A model generated the notes under the pieces. That model was not told where the DNA came from. It worked only from the letters and a program-made list of their open reading frames with translations, and did no database searches. This document shows positions 23,857 to 33,257 of a DNA stretch of 64,000 nt, in pieces. Where the stretch lies: NCBI GenBank assembly GCA_041395665.1, contig JAWLAB010000003.1, positions 312,173-376,172 on the forward strand, given 5' to 3'. The DNA comes from Pseudomonadales bacterium. Lineage in GTDB: Bacteria > Pseudomonadota > Gammaproteobacteria > Pseudomonadales > UBA7239. Made by a program: the position numbers and the translations under genes. The stretch's first letter is position 1, and each line of letters starts with the position of its first letter.

Positions 23857-23941
23857 TGGTGCGAAAGGAGAGACTCGAACTCTCACGGGTTGCCCCGCTG
23901 GAACCTAAATCCAGTGCGTCTACCAATTTCGCCACTTTCGC
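23857..23941 (-). tRNA. tRNA-Leu (anticodon UAG)
   Basis: Hand-folded 85-nt cloverleaf on the minus strand. Acceptor GCGAAAG/CTTTCGC plus ACCA; anticodon stem CTGGA/TCCAG with loop TTTAGGT; long variable arm; T-arm GAGAG-TTCGAGT-CTCTC. Confidence 0.9.
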
Positions 23942-24063
23942 AGAAAAGGGTCGCGCATTATGCCACCGCTCCTTTGATTTAGCATCAAACATGCTGCAAA
24001 ATGCCGCCCGCTATGTGGGGGCTGTCCCGCAAGCCACTTGATGAATACATCCGAGGTATATAA

Positions 24064-24282
24064 ATGTCGAAAGAAGACTGTATTGAGTTTGAAGGCGAGG
24101 TGGTCGACACCCTTCCCAATACAACATTCAAAGTGAAGCTGGAAAACGGCCACACTGTGATGGCGCACATTTCCGGCAAGATGCGCAAAAACTACATCCG
24201 TATTTTGACGGGCGATAAAGTCAAAGTTGAAATGACACCTTACGATTTGAGCAAAGGTCGCATTACTTATCGCGCTCGCTAA
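24064..24282 (+). CDS. infA: translation initiation factor IF-1
   Basis: 72 aa: [72 protein letters not shown]. Confidence 0.97.
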   Translation: MSKEDCIEFEGEVVDTLPNTTFKVKLENGHTVMAHISGKMRKNYIRILTGDKVKVEMTPYDLSKGRITYRAR

Positions 24283-24298
24283 TAAAAAGCTGACACCG

Positions 24299-26571
24299 TT
24301 ATGCCGGTATCAGCTCCTCGATATGCAACGCCAGCTCGCCATTCTCCACCGTCACTTCCACGCGCCCGCCGGATTTTGACAACTCACCAAACAACACTGC
24401 TTCTGCCAGTGGTTTGCGCAATTTATCTTTGATCAGCAGTGCCATCGGTCTTGCGCCCATCGCTTTGTCATAGCCGTGATCCGCCATCCAATCGCGCGCG
24501 TCGTCATCCACATCCAGCGTGACTTTTTTGTCGTCCAGCTGCGCTTGCAGCTCCACCAAAAATTTATCAACGACAGTTTTGATGGTCGATTTTTCCAGCG
24601 GCGCAAATTGCACAATCGCATCTAAACGATTGAGAAACTCTGGTGTAAACACGCGTTTTAATGCTTCGCCCGCATCGGTGGAGTGATCTTGCTGTGTAAA
24701 TCCAATACTGCTGCGGCTCACTTCGCGCGCGCCAGCGTTGGTCGTCATCACTAAAATGACATTGCGGAAATCGGCTTTGCGACCGTTGTTATCGGTGAGC
24801 GTGCCGTGATCCATCACTTGCAATAATAAGTTGTAAACATCGGGATGCGCTTTTTCGATTTCATCCAGCAACACCACGCTGTGCGGATGTTTGGTCACCG
24901 CTTCCGTCAGCAAACCACCTTGATCAAAACCGACATAGCCAGGAGGCGCGCCAATCAAACGCGACACGGTGTGCGATTCCAAATACTCCGACATATCAAA
25001 ACGAATCAACTCCATGCCCATTTGCTGTGCAAGCTGGCGTGTGACTTCGGTTTTACCAACGCCGGTCGGCCCCGCAAATAAAAATGAACCAACAGGTTTG
25101 CCCGGCGAACCCAAACCGGCACGCGACAATTTAATCGCTGTCGATAAAGTATCAATCGCTTCATCCTGACCAAATACCACCATCTTCAGATTTTTATCCA
25201 AATCGCGCAGCAATTCTTTATCAGAAGACGACACTTGTTTCGGCGGAATGCGCGCAATTTTGGCAACCACCGCTTCAATATCGTGCACACCGATTTGGCG
25301 TTTGCGTTTTGATACCGGCTGCAATTGTTGATACGCGCCCGCTTCGTCAATCACATCAATGGCTTTATCAGGCAAAAAGCGATCATTGATGTAGCGCGCC
25401 GCCATTTCTGCTGCGGTTTTTAATGCAGCATCGGTGTAGCGCAGGTTGTGATGTTTCTCAAAAGCGGGCTTCAAGCCGCGCAAAATATGGTAAGTGTCTT
25501 CCACGGAAGGCTCACCGACATCCACTTTTTGAAAGCGGCGTGACAGCGCGCGGTCTTTGTCAAAAACACCGCGATACTCTTGAAAAGTGGTTGAACCGAT
25601 GCAGCGCAAATCACCGGAAGTCAGCAATGGTTTCAGTAAGTTGGATGCATCCATCACACCACCCGATGCGGCACCCGCACCGATGATGGTGTGGATTTCA
25701 TCAATAAACAAAATCGCCCCATCGCGTTTTTTTAATTCCGCTAACAAGGATTTGAAGCGCTTTTCAAAATCGCCGCGATATTTAGTGCCGGCCAGCAAAG
25801 CACCTAAATCCAAGGAGTACACAGTGCAATTTGCCAACACTTCCGGTACTTCACCATCAATAATCAAGCGCGCCAAGCCTTCAGCAATCGCCGTTTTACC
25901 AACGCCTGATTCACCGACCAACAGTGGATTATTTTTGCGGCGACGAATCAAAATCTGCGACACGCGTTCCACTTCTTGTAATCGTCCAACCAAAGGATCA
26001 ATACGCCCTTCTTTCGCCAACAAGTTCAAATTAGTGGCATAGGCTTCCAGCGGATTATTTGATGAACTTTCCTCGCCCGCGCGTTGTTCTTGCTCCGATT
26101 CCTGCTCGCGATGATCCAGTGGTGATTCTTCACTGCCGGATTTTGAAATGCCGTGCGTGACAAAATTCACCACATCAATGCGCGCTATACCTTGTTCACG
26201 CAAATAGTAAACGGCTTGGCTTTCTTGCTCACTGAAAATTGCCACCAACACATTCGCGCCAGTGACTTCATTTTTCCTGACGATTGCACATGAAACACAG
26301 CGCGTTGCAACACGCGTTGAAAACCCAGCGTGGGCTGTGTTTCGCGCTCGGCTTCGCCTTCCACCAACAAGGGCGTGGAGCTATTCACGAACTCCTGTAA
26401 ATGTTTGCGCAGTTTATTGATATCAACAGAGCAAGCGCGCAGCACAGCAGCAGCAGCTTCGTTATCCAACAGCGCGAGCAGCAAGTGCTCCACCGTCATG
26501 AACTCATGCCGTTTGGATCGAGCATCCTTGTAAGCGCGATTTAGTGTGACTTCCAGATCTTTGCTTAACAT
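24299..26571 (-). pseudogene. clpA: ATP-dependent Clp protease ATP-binding subunit ClpA, split by a 1-nt deletion in a homopolymer at 26271-26275
   Basis: The N-domain ORF (26185-26571) and the two-AAA ORF (24299-26251) are in different frames. Expected ...SSGKNEVTGANVLVAIFSEQ needs A6 on the coding strand, but A5 is present. Length 2273 nt = 3n+2. Confidence 0.85.
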
Positions 26572-26591
26572 GATGATGGCCTCACCTTGGG

Positions 26592-26975
26592 TTATTCGTC
26601 GCTGTGACTACTGTCTGGCTCTATCTGACACAACAAAGGATGTTCGTTTTCAGATGAATATTGATTGATCTGTTCTGCTTTAGTTTCTGCAATATCACGC
26701 GTAAAAACACCACACACGGCGCGTCCTTCCACATGCACTTTTAACATGATTCGCGTCGCTTGTTCACGATTCATGTGAAAAAAATCTTCCAGCACATGCA
26801 CAACAAACTCCATCGGCGTGTAATCGTCATTCAACATGACCACGCGATAAAGCCGCGGCTTGTGCAGTCGCGGTTTCTCTTTTTCAACCAGTGCCGCTTC
26901 TCCACTCTCGTGTTCAAATGCACCGTCGTCTGCACCATTACCCAAAACAGGCTGGTTGCCTGCAATGTATTTCAT
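26592..26975 (-). CDS. clpS: ClpA adaptor protein ClpS
   Basis: 127 aa with the core [49 protein letters not shown]. Lies directly upstream of clpA. Confidence 0.9.
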   Translation of the reverse strand: MKYIAGNQPVLGNGADDGAFEHESGEAALVEKEKPRLHKPRLYRVVMLNDDYTPMEFVVHVLEDFFHMNREQATRIMLKVHVEGRAVCGVFTRDIAETKAEQINQYSSENEHPLLCQIEPDSSHSDE

Positions 26976-27105
26976 CTAACTCACCCACTGCATAACTGCA
27001 ATTACTGTTCGATTTCATTCTACCCTGCCTGCGCCTGAATATAAGGCTTCAATCACTCTCTTGATGCCGTTAAAATAGGCGCTCAAATTTTTGAGGCGCA
27101 CCTAA

Positions 27106-28749
27106 ATGTCCGTTGAAAGAGAATCCATGGAATTTGATGTAGTGATTGTTGGCGCAGGCCCTGCTGGCTTGGCTGCTGCCTGCCGCTTGCGTCAGCTCAA
27201 TCCAGAACTATCCGTGGTGGTAGTGGAAAAAGGCTCCGAAGTCGGCGCGCATATTCTTTCTGGTGCGGTATTTGAGCCCAAAGCCCTCAACGAATTATTC
27301 CCCAACTGGAAAGCCGACGGCGCGCCGCTGGAAACAGCCGTTACCGGTGATGACATCTACATGATGCTCAATGACAGCAAAGGCGTGAAAGTTCCAGGCT
27401 TCGCTGTGCCAAAAACCATGCACAACGAAGGCAACTACATCATCAGCTTGGGCCGTTTGTGCCGCTGGCTCGCCGAGCAAGCTGAGGCCTTGGGCGTAGA
27501 GATCTTCCCTGGCTTTGCCGCTGCTGAAGTGCTGTACGACGGCAACGGCGCAGTCAAAGGCATCATCACTGGCGATATGGGCGTAGGTCACGATGGTCAG
27601 CCCACCGACGGCTATACCCCAGGCATGGAATTGCACGGTAAATACACACTGTTCGCCGAAGGCTGCCGCGGGCATCTCGGCAAGCAACTGATCGCCAAAT
27701 TCAAATTGGATGCTGGCAAAGATCCACAACACTACGGCATCGGCATCAAAGAAATTTGGGAAGTACCTGCCGATAAACACAAACAAGGTTTGGTGGTGCA
27801 CAGCGCGGGCTGGCCATTGACTGAAAGTGGCTCTGCTGGCGGCGGTTTTTTGTATCACTTGGAAAATAACCAAGTTGCGGTGGGCTTGATTACCGATCTC
27901 TCCTACTCCAACCCGCATGTCAGCCCGTTTGAAGAATTTCAGCGTTACAAAACGCATCCCGTGATCAGCCAATACCTTGAAGGCGGTAAACGCACCTGCT
28001 ACGGCGCGCGTGCGATCACCAAAGGCGGTTTGCAATCACAACCGAAAATGACTTTCCCCGGCGGCATCTTGATTGGTGACGATGCAGGCACACTGAACTT
28101 TGCCAAAATCAAAGGCAATCACACGGCGATGAAATCCGGCATGATCGCCGCAGAAACCGTTGCCGCTGCCTTAAGCGCAGGTAAAGCAGGTGATGAGCTG
28201 ACGGAATACACCAAAAGCTACGAAGCGTCTTGGGCGTATCAAGAATTGTGGATGCAGCGCAACTTTGGTCCTGCGCAACACAAATTTGGCAACATTCTTG
28301 GCTCGGCTTACGCGTTTTTTGATATCAATATTTTCAACGGCAATTTGCCTTGGACAATGCGCGATCCAAAACCAGATTACGCACAACTGAAACCAGCAAA
28401 CGAATGCACAAAAATTAATTATCCAAAGCCAGACAACAAACTGTCTTTTGATCGTCTGTCTTCTGTGTTTTTATCGAACACCAACCACGAAGAAAACCAG
28501 CCTTGCCATTTGCGCTTGACTGATCCATCCATTCCTATCAGCCGCAACTTACCGCTGTACGATGAACCGGCGCAGCGCTACTGCCCTGCTGGCGTTTATG
28601 AAGTGGTGGAATTGGATGGCAAATCACAATTCAAAATCAACGGTCAGAACTGTGTGCATTGCAAAACTTGCGACATCAAAGACCCAGCACAAAACATCAC
28701 TTGGGTCACGCCAGAAGGTGCAGGTGGACCCAACTACCCGAACATGTAA
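27106..28749 (+). CDS. electron-transfer flavoprotein:ubiquinone oxidoreductase
   Basis: 547 aa. N-terminal FAD fold DVVIVGAGPAGLAAA and a C-terminal 4Fe-4S cluster motif CPAGVY...CVHCKTCDIKDP. Confidence 0.9.
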   Translation: MSVERESMEFDVVIVGAGPAGLAAACRLRQLNPELSVVVVEKGSEVGAHILSGAVFEPKALNELFPNWKADGAPLETAVTGDDIYMMLNDSKGVKVPGFAVPKTMHNEGNYIISLGRLCRWLAEQAEALGVEIFPGFAAAEVLYDGNGAVKGIITGDMGVGHDGQPTDGYTPGMELHGKYTLFAEGCRGHLGKQLIAKFKLDAGKDPQHYGIGIKEIWEVPADKHKQGLVVHSAGWPLTESGSAGGGFLYHLENNQVAVGLITDLSYSNPHVSPFEEFQRYKTHPVISQYLEGGKRTCYGARAITKGGLQSQPKMTFPGGILIGDDAGTLNFAKIKGNHTAMKSGMIAAETVAAALSAGKAGDELTEYTKSYEASWAYQELWMQRNFGPAQHKFGNILGSAYAFFDINIFNGNLPWTMRDPKPDYAQLKPANECTKINYPKPDNKLSFDRLSSVFLSNTNHEENQPCHLRLTDPSIPISRNLPLYDEPAQRYCPAGVYEVVELDGKSQFKINGQNCVHCKTCDIKDPAQNITWVTPEGAGGPNYPNM

Positions 28750-28758
28750 TCCACCTCG

Positions 28759-28786
28759 ACAGGCCGCAACAGCGGCCTGTTTTTAT
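28759..28786 (+). terminator. rho-independent terminator after the ETF-QO gene
   Basis: 9-bp stem ACAGGCCGC/GCGGCCTGT with loop AACA, followed by TTTTTATT. Confidence 0.8.
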
Positions 28787-28798
28787 TGAGCTACCGCA

Positions 28799-29785
28799 AT
28801 GCGTAACGAACACCCCTTCGCGCAGTACATCAAGATTCTCGGTAAAGGAAAAAAAAGCACGCGTTCGCTGACGCGCGAAGAAGCACGAACCGCGTTTGCC
28901 ATGATTTTGCGCAGCGAAGCCGAACCGATACACATTGGCGCGTTTTTGATGCTACTGCGCGTCAATGAAGAAAGTGCGGATGAATTGACGGGATTTCTGG
29001 AAGCCTGCCGTGACTATCTCGCTGCACCCTCGGACATCGAAGTGGATTTGGATTGGTCCTCCTGCGCGGGCAAACGCAAACATTTGCCGTGGTTTATTCT
29101 CAGCGCGCTGTTGCTCGCAGAAAACGGCATTCGTGTTTTTATGCACGGCAATGACGGTCACTCCAGCGAACGAATTTACACAGAAAATTGTTTCCGTGCG
29201 TTAGGTTTACCCATTGCACAAAGTTGGCAACAAGTTTCTACCGCGCTCGACACACACAGTCTGTGCTTTTTTCCGTTGCGCACTTGGTTTCCTGAATTGC
29301 AGCACTTGATTGATCTGCGCAAAACACTGGGCTTGCGCTCTACCGCGCACACCATGGCGCGCTTGATCAATCCACTCAACGCATTGTGCTCAGTGCAAGG
29401 CATTTTTCATCCACCTTATGCAGAAAGTTGCGCGCAAGCGAATTTTTTACTCGCACAACCCAATGCACTGACCATCAAAGGCGACAGCGGCGAATTTGAA
29501 TATCGTCCAGAAGCCGACTGCAAACTATTTTTGGTGCACAACGGTGAACGCTTACAAGAGTCGTGGCCGCGTTTTTTTGCCGACAAACAAGAGCCAGAAG
29601 AGTTTTTTGATCCCATGCGCTTGTGCCATGTTTGGCGCGGCACCGATAGTGACAGCTACGGCGAAGCTGCTGTAATCGGCACCACAGCGCTGACACTGCG
29701 TGCCATGAATCGCGAGCCGGATCACACCAGTGCTTGGGCTTTGGCCACGCAGCTTTGGCAAAACAGAAACCGCGATAGACTTTGA
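28799..29785 (+). CDS. TrpD2 / YbiB-like protein (glycosyl transferase family 3 fold, nucleic-acid-binding paralogue of anthranilate phosphoribosyltransferase)
   Basis: 328 aa. The N-terminus YIKILGKGKKSTRSLTREEARTAFAMILRSEAEPIHIGAFLMLLRVNEESADELTGFLEA follows the E. coli YbiB pattern (IKEIGRGKNHARDL...ALRIKGEGEAEMLGF), from memory. Confidence 0.6.
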   Translation: MRNEHPFAQYIKILGKGKKSTRSLTREEARTAFAMILRSEAEPIHIGAFLMLLRVNEESADELTGFLEACRDYLAAPSDIEVDLDWSSCAGKRKHLPWFILSALLLAENGIRVFMHGNDGHSSERIYTENCFRALGLPIAQSWQQVSTALDTHSLCFFPLRTWFPELQHLIDLRKTLGLRSTAHTMARLINPLNALCSVQGIFHPPYAESCAQANFLLAQPNALTIKGDSGEFEYRPEADCKLFLVHNGERLQESWPRFFADKQEPEEFFDPMRLCHVWRGTDSDSYGEAAVIGTTALTLRAMNREPDHTSAWALATQLWQNRNRDRL

Positions 29786-29816
29786 TCTTACACTGTCACA
29801 AATAATCAGGCGCAGC

Positions 29817-31250
29817 ATGAAAAAAACAATGTCCGCTCAAACGATGAAGCCACAAGTAACTTTTTACGGTGCTGCACGCACTGTCACTGGTTCGTGCCAT
29901 CTGGTTGAAGCCAATGGCAGACGCATCCTTTTAGACTGCGGGCTACAACAAGGCGAGAAAAGTGAAAAACGCCAAATTGAAAATGCCTTCCCATTTGATT
30001 TTGAACCATCAAGCATTGACACCGTTATTTTATCGCACGCGCATCTTGACCACTCAGGTATGCTGCCACGCCTCGTGCATGAAGGATTTAATGGAGCGAT
30101 TCACTGCACACCTGGCACAAAAAATCTCCTACATATTCTGTTAATGGATTCTCTCCATCTCTACTTAAAAGATTTGGAATATGAAAACTTACGCCGTGCA
30201 CGCGCAGGTAAAAAACCGCTAACACCGCTTTATGAAGAACGCGATGTCAAGCGTGTTTTTGATTTATGCGAACGCTGTGATTATTGTCAACAACGCGACA
30301 TAGGCGATGGGATAACGATGTCCCTGCATGATGCAGGACACATTTTAGGTTCATCGATTGTGGAATTAAAAATCAATCATGAAAATAAGATACATACCCT
30401 AGTTTTTTCAGGCGATTTAGGTAACGACCATATCTCGTTAATGAATAACCCAGTACAAGTAAATCACGCCGACATTGTTTTATTAGAAAGCACTTACGGC
30501 GACAGAAATCATCGTAGTTTTGATGACACGCTTATAGAGTTTGAGAAAATTTTACAACAAGCACAGCACGATAGAGGCAATATTCTGATTCCCGCGTTTG
30601 CAGTTGGGCGCACACAGGAGCTGATTTTTCAACTGGGCAAGTTGTATCATCAAGGAAAATTAAAAAACTGGTTAGTCTTTCTTGATAGCCCTATGGGTAG
30701 TGCAGTCACAGACATTTATTCACACAGCCAGCATCGTCTTGATGCTGAAGATATGGCGTTATTAAAGAAATACAAAAGCCGCAGCCTAACGGACTTTCTC
30801 CCCTGCCTCAGCATTACAGAATCTGTTGAAGATTCTATGGCCATCAACCGCATAAAGAGTGGCGCAATTATTATTGCAGGCAGCGGCATGTGTACCGGCG
30901 GGCGTATTCGTCACCATCTTAAACATCGCCTATGGCAAACGAATACACATATTCTTTTTACTGGCTATCAAGCCAATGGCACCCTCGGTCGTATCCTTGT
31001 CAATAAAGCACGCACGGTAAAGTTATTTGGCCAGCCCATCGCAGTGCGCGCAAAAATTCACACATTGGGCGGCTTCTCCGCACATGCAGATCAAAATCAA
31101 TTACTAGGTTGGGCGATGCAATTTAATAACAAGCCACACTTTTGTTTGGTGCATGGAGAAGAAAATTCATTGACTGCCTTACAGCAGGAACTAGTCAATC
31201 GCAAGCGTGATGTCACAATAGCTGATCTCGGTTCTACAGTTCGTTTTTAA
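29817..31250 (+). CDS. MBL-fold beta-CASP family hydrolase (RNase J/CPSF73-like nuclease)
   Basis: Start trimmed to the ATG at 29817. YGAARTVTGSCHLVE, HxHxDH motif SHAHLDHSG, and a beta-CASP-length C-terminal half ending ...GGFSAHADQNQLL. 477 aa. Confidence 0.7.
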   Translation: MKKTMSAQTMKPQVTFYGAARTVTGSCHLVEANGRRILLDCGLQQGEKSEKRQIENAFPFDFEPSSIDTVILSHAHLDHSGMLPRLVHEGFNGAIHCTPGTKNLLHILLMDSLHLYLKDLEYENLRRARAGKKPLTPLYEERDVKRVFDLCERCDYCQQRDIGDGITMSLHDAGHILGSSIVELKINHENKIHTLVFSGDLGNDHISLMNNPVQVNHADIVLLESTYGDRNHRSFDDTLIEFEKILQQAQHDRGNILIPAFAVGRTQELIFQLGKLYHQGKLKNWLVFLDSPMGSAVTDIYSHSQHRLDAEDMALLKKYKSRSLTDFLPCLSITESVEDSMAINRIKSGAIIIAGSGMCTGGRIRHHLKHRLWQTNTHILFTGYQANGTLGRILVNKARTVKLFGQPIAVRAKIHTLGGFSAHADQNQLLGWAMQFNNKPHFCLVHGEENSLTALQQELVNRKRDVTIADLGSTVRF

Positions 31251-31264
31251 CCTATTGGACAAGC

Positions 31265-32350
31265 ATGACTATCGCCGGAATAAAGCCTGAGTTATATACA
31301 CAACAGCTCAGCGATAAAGCCGTAAGACTACAAAGCTTACTACAACCTTTTTCCGCACCGGCATTGGAAGTGTTCTCCTCACTTCCGCTGCACTACCGTA
31401 TGCGTGCAGAGTTTCGCTTTTGGCAGGAAAAAGACGACTGTTTTTTTGCCATGACCGATGCCGAAAAGAATATCGTGCGCGTCGATCAATTTCCTATTGC
31501 CTGCCAACAAATCAATACTTTGATGCCTGCGTTACTCTCGAACATACACAACAATGAAATCCTGCGTCGAAAATTATTTCAGGTGGATTTTTTAGCGGCC
31601 ACCACAGGCGATGCCGTGATTACACTGACCTATCACAAGCCTGTAGATACAGTGTGGCAGAAAGAAGCTGAAACACTGCAAACCACCTTGGGATGTTCAA
31701 TCATTGGTCGTAGTCGCGGTAAAAAATTGGTGGCGGGCAATGATTTCGTTACCGAACAATTCCGTGTTAACAACGAAACTTTTACCCAACAACAACCCGA
31801 ATCTGCGTTTAGCCAACCCAATGCTGCCGTCAATCAACACATGCTGCATTGGGCGCATAAGCACGCTCACAATTTCGGCGGTGATTTTTTAGAGCTGTAT
31901 TGCGGCAATGGTAATTTCACGCTGCCGCTGTCGCGCTGTTTCAATAAAGTGTTGGCGACTGAAGTTTCCAAAGCGTCAATCAAAGCCTTAGAACACAATG
32001 TTGCGATGAATCACTGCGACAACATCGCTTTAGCGCGTTTATCCAGCGAAGAGTTCACGCAAGCACTGCGCGGCGATCGCCCTTTTCGTCGCCTTGCGCA
32101 TCTCAACCTTGCCGATTATCAATTCAGCACCGTATTGGTTGATCCACCGCGCGCCGGTTTGGATGACGATACCTGCCAACTCATACAGCGCTTCGATCAT
32201 ATTCTTTACATTTCTTGCAACCCAGAAACACTGGCACATAACCTGCAAACACTCTGTCGCACACATCACATCAAACACGCCGCACTGTTTGATCAATTTC
32301 CTTACACACACCACATGGAATGCGGCATTGTGCTAGAGAAAAAACTTTGA
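31265..32350 (+). CDS. trmA: tRNA (uracil54-C5)-methyltransferase TrmA
   Basis: 361 aa. Colinear with E. coli TrmA (YTQQLSDKAVRLQSLL...HYRMRAEFRFW; SCNPETL near the C-terminus). Confidence 0.85.
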   Translation: MTIAGIKPELYTQQLSDKAVRLQSLLQPFSAPALEVFSSLPLHYRMRAEFRFWQEKDDCFFAMTDAEKNIVRVDQFPIACQQINTLMPALLSNIHNNEILRRKLFQVDFLAATTGDAVITLTYHKPVDTVWQKEAETLQTTLGCSIIGRSRGKKLVAGNDFVTEQFRVNNETFTQQQPESAFSQPNAAVNQHMLHWAHKHAHNFGGDFLELYCGNGNFTLPLSRCFNKVLATEVSKASIKALEHNVAMNHCDNIALARLSSEEFTQALRGDRPFRRLAHLNLADYQFSTVLVDPPRAGLDDDTCQLIQRFDHILYISCNPETLAHNLQTLCRTHHIKHAALFDQFPYTHHMECGIVLEKKL

Positions 32351-32360
32351 GGATTACTCG

Positions 32361-33257
32361 ATGAGAAGCGAAGTCACACTGCAACAAATTCGCGAAGAAA
32401 TAAAAGCCATGCGCGCAGAAAAACGCAGCTTGGAAGGCAATCGCGCTTTTATGGATAGTGGCTGGGAAAATGCCGAGTATCCAGAGTGCGTACAATTCTC
32501 ACCGTTTGATGCCAACGGCATACACGCGGAAGCGGTTTTTATTGGCGAGCGCGACAACAGTAAAATACTGATCATGCACTGCCACGGCGGTGGTTATGCA
32601 GTCGGCTCAACACTATCTCACCGTCCACTAGCAGCACAATTAGCTAACGCCTGCGATGCCACCGTCATTACTTTTAATTTTCGTCGCGCGCCTGAACATC
32701 GTTTTCCTTGCGCGCTGGAAGATGCACTCACGGTGTATCGTTTTTTATTACAAACACACGACAGCAAAAAAATAGTGATTAGCGGTGATTCTGGCGGAGG
32801 CAGTTTAGCGTTTGCCACAGCACTGCAAATTCGCGATTTGGATTTACCTGCGCCTGCGGCTTTGCTTGGGTTATCGGCGTGGGTCGACTTTGCTTGCGAG
32901 GGAAATACTTTTGAAATCAACAAACCAAAAGATTTATCCGGCAATCGCGGCGGTTTGATGATGATGGCGATGTCTTATGCCGGCAAAGACAATCTGAAAA
33001 ATCCGCTAGTCTCACCGCTGTACGCCGAGAGTTTAGCCAATCTTCCGCCGACGCTGTTACAAGTCGGCACAGCAGAAACTTTATTGGATGATTCGCGCCG
33101 CTTTGCGGAAAAACTGCGTGCACACGGCACTGCAGTGACGCTAGAAGAATGGCCAGACATGATTCATGTCTGGCACGCATTTTATTCGCGCTTACCGGAA
33201 GGCAGAGCAGCGATTGCTGCAATTGCACGCTGGTTGCGTCAAACCATATCGGGATAA
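32361..33257 (+). CDS. alpha/beta hydrolase, hormone-sensitive-lipase-type esterase
   Basis: 298 aa with the HGGG oxyanion motif (MHCHGGGYAVGS) and nucleophile elbow GDSGGGSLA. Confidence 0.7.
   Translation: MRSEVTLQQIREEIKAMRAEKRSLEGNRAFMDSGWENAEYPECVQFSPFDANGIHAEAVFIGERDNSKILIMHCHGGGYAVGSTLSHRPLAAQLANACDATVITFNFRRAPEHRFPCALEDALTVYRFLLQTHDSKKIVISGDSGGGSLAFATALQIRDLDLPAPAALLGLSAWVDFACEGNTFEINKPKDLSGNRGGLMMMAMSYAGKDNLKNPLVSPLYAESLANLPPTLLQVGTAETLLDDSRRFAEKLRAHGTAVTLEEWPDMIHVWHAFYSRLPEGRAAIAAIARWLRQTISG

Noticed and set aside
28759-28795. Possible LexA box (CTGT...ACAG) upstream of the YbiB-like gene, by analogy with E. coli dinG-ybiB.
   Set aside because: The ACAG/CTGT strings are the arms of the ETF-QO terminator hairpin, in the wrong order and spacing for CTGT-N8-ACAG.
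33239-33257. Convergent 3'-end overlaps (esterase/fabY 19 nt; AraC/MFS 36255-36288, 34 nt; folE/GT-C 40151-40171, 21 nt) as possible antisense regulation.
   Set aside because: Short convergent overlaps are common in compact bacterial genomes. Nothing in the sequence indicates a specific mechanism.
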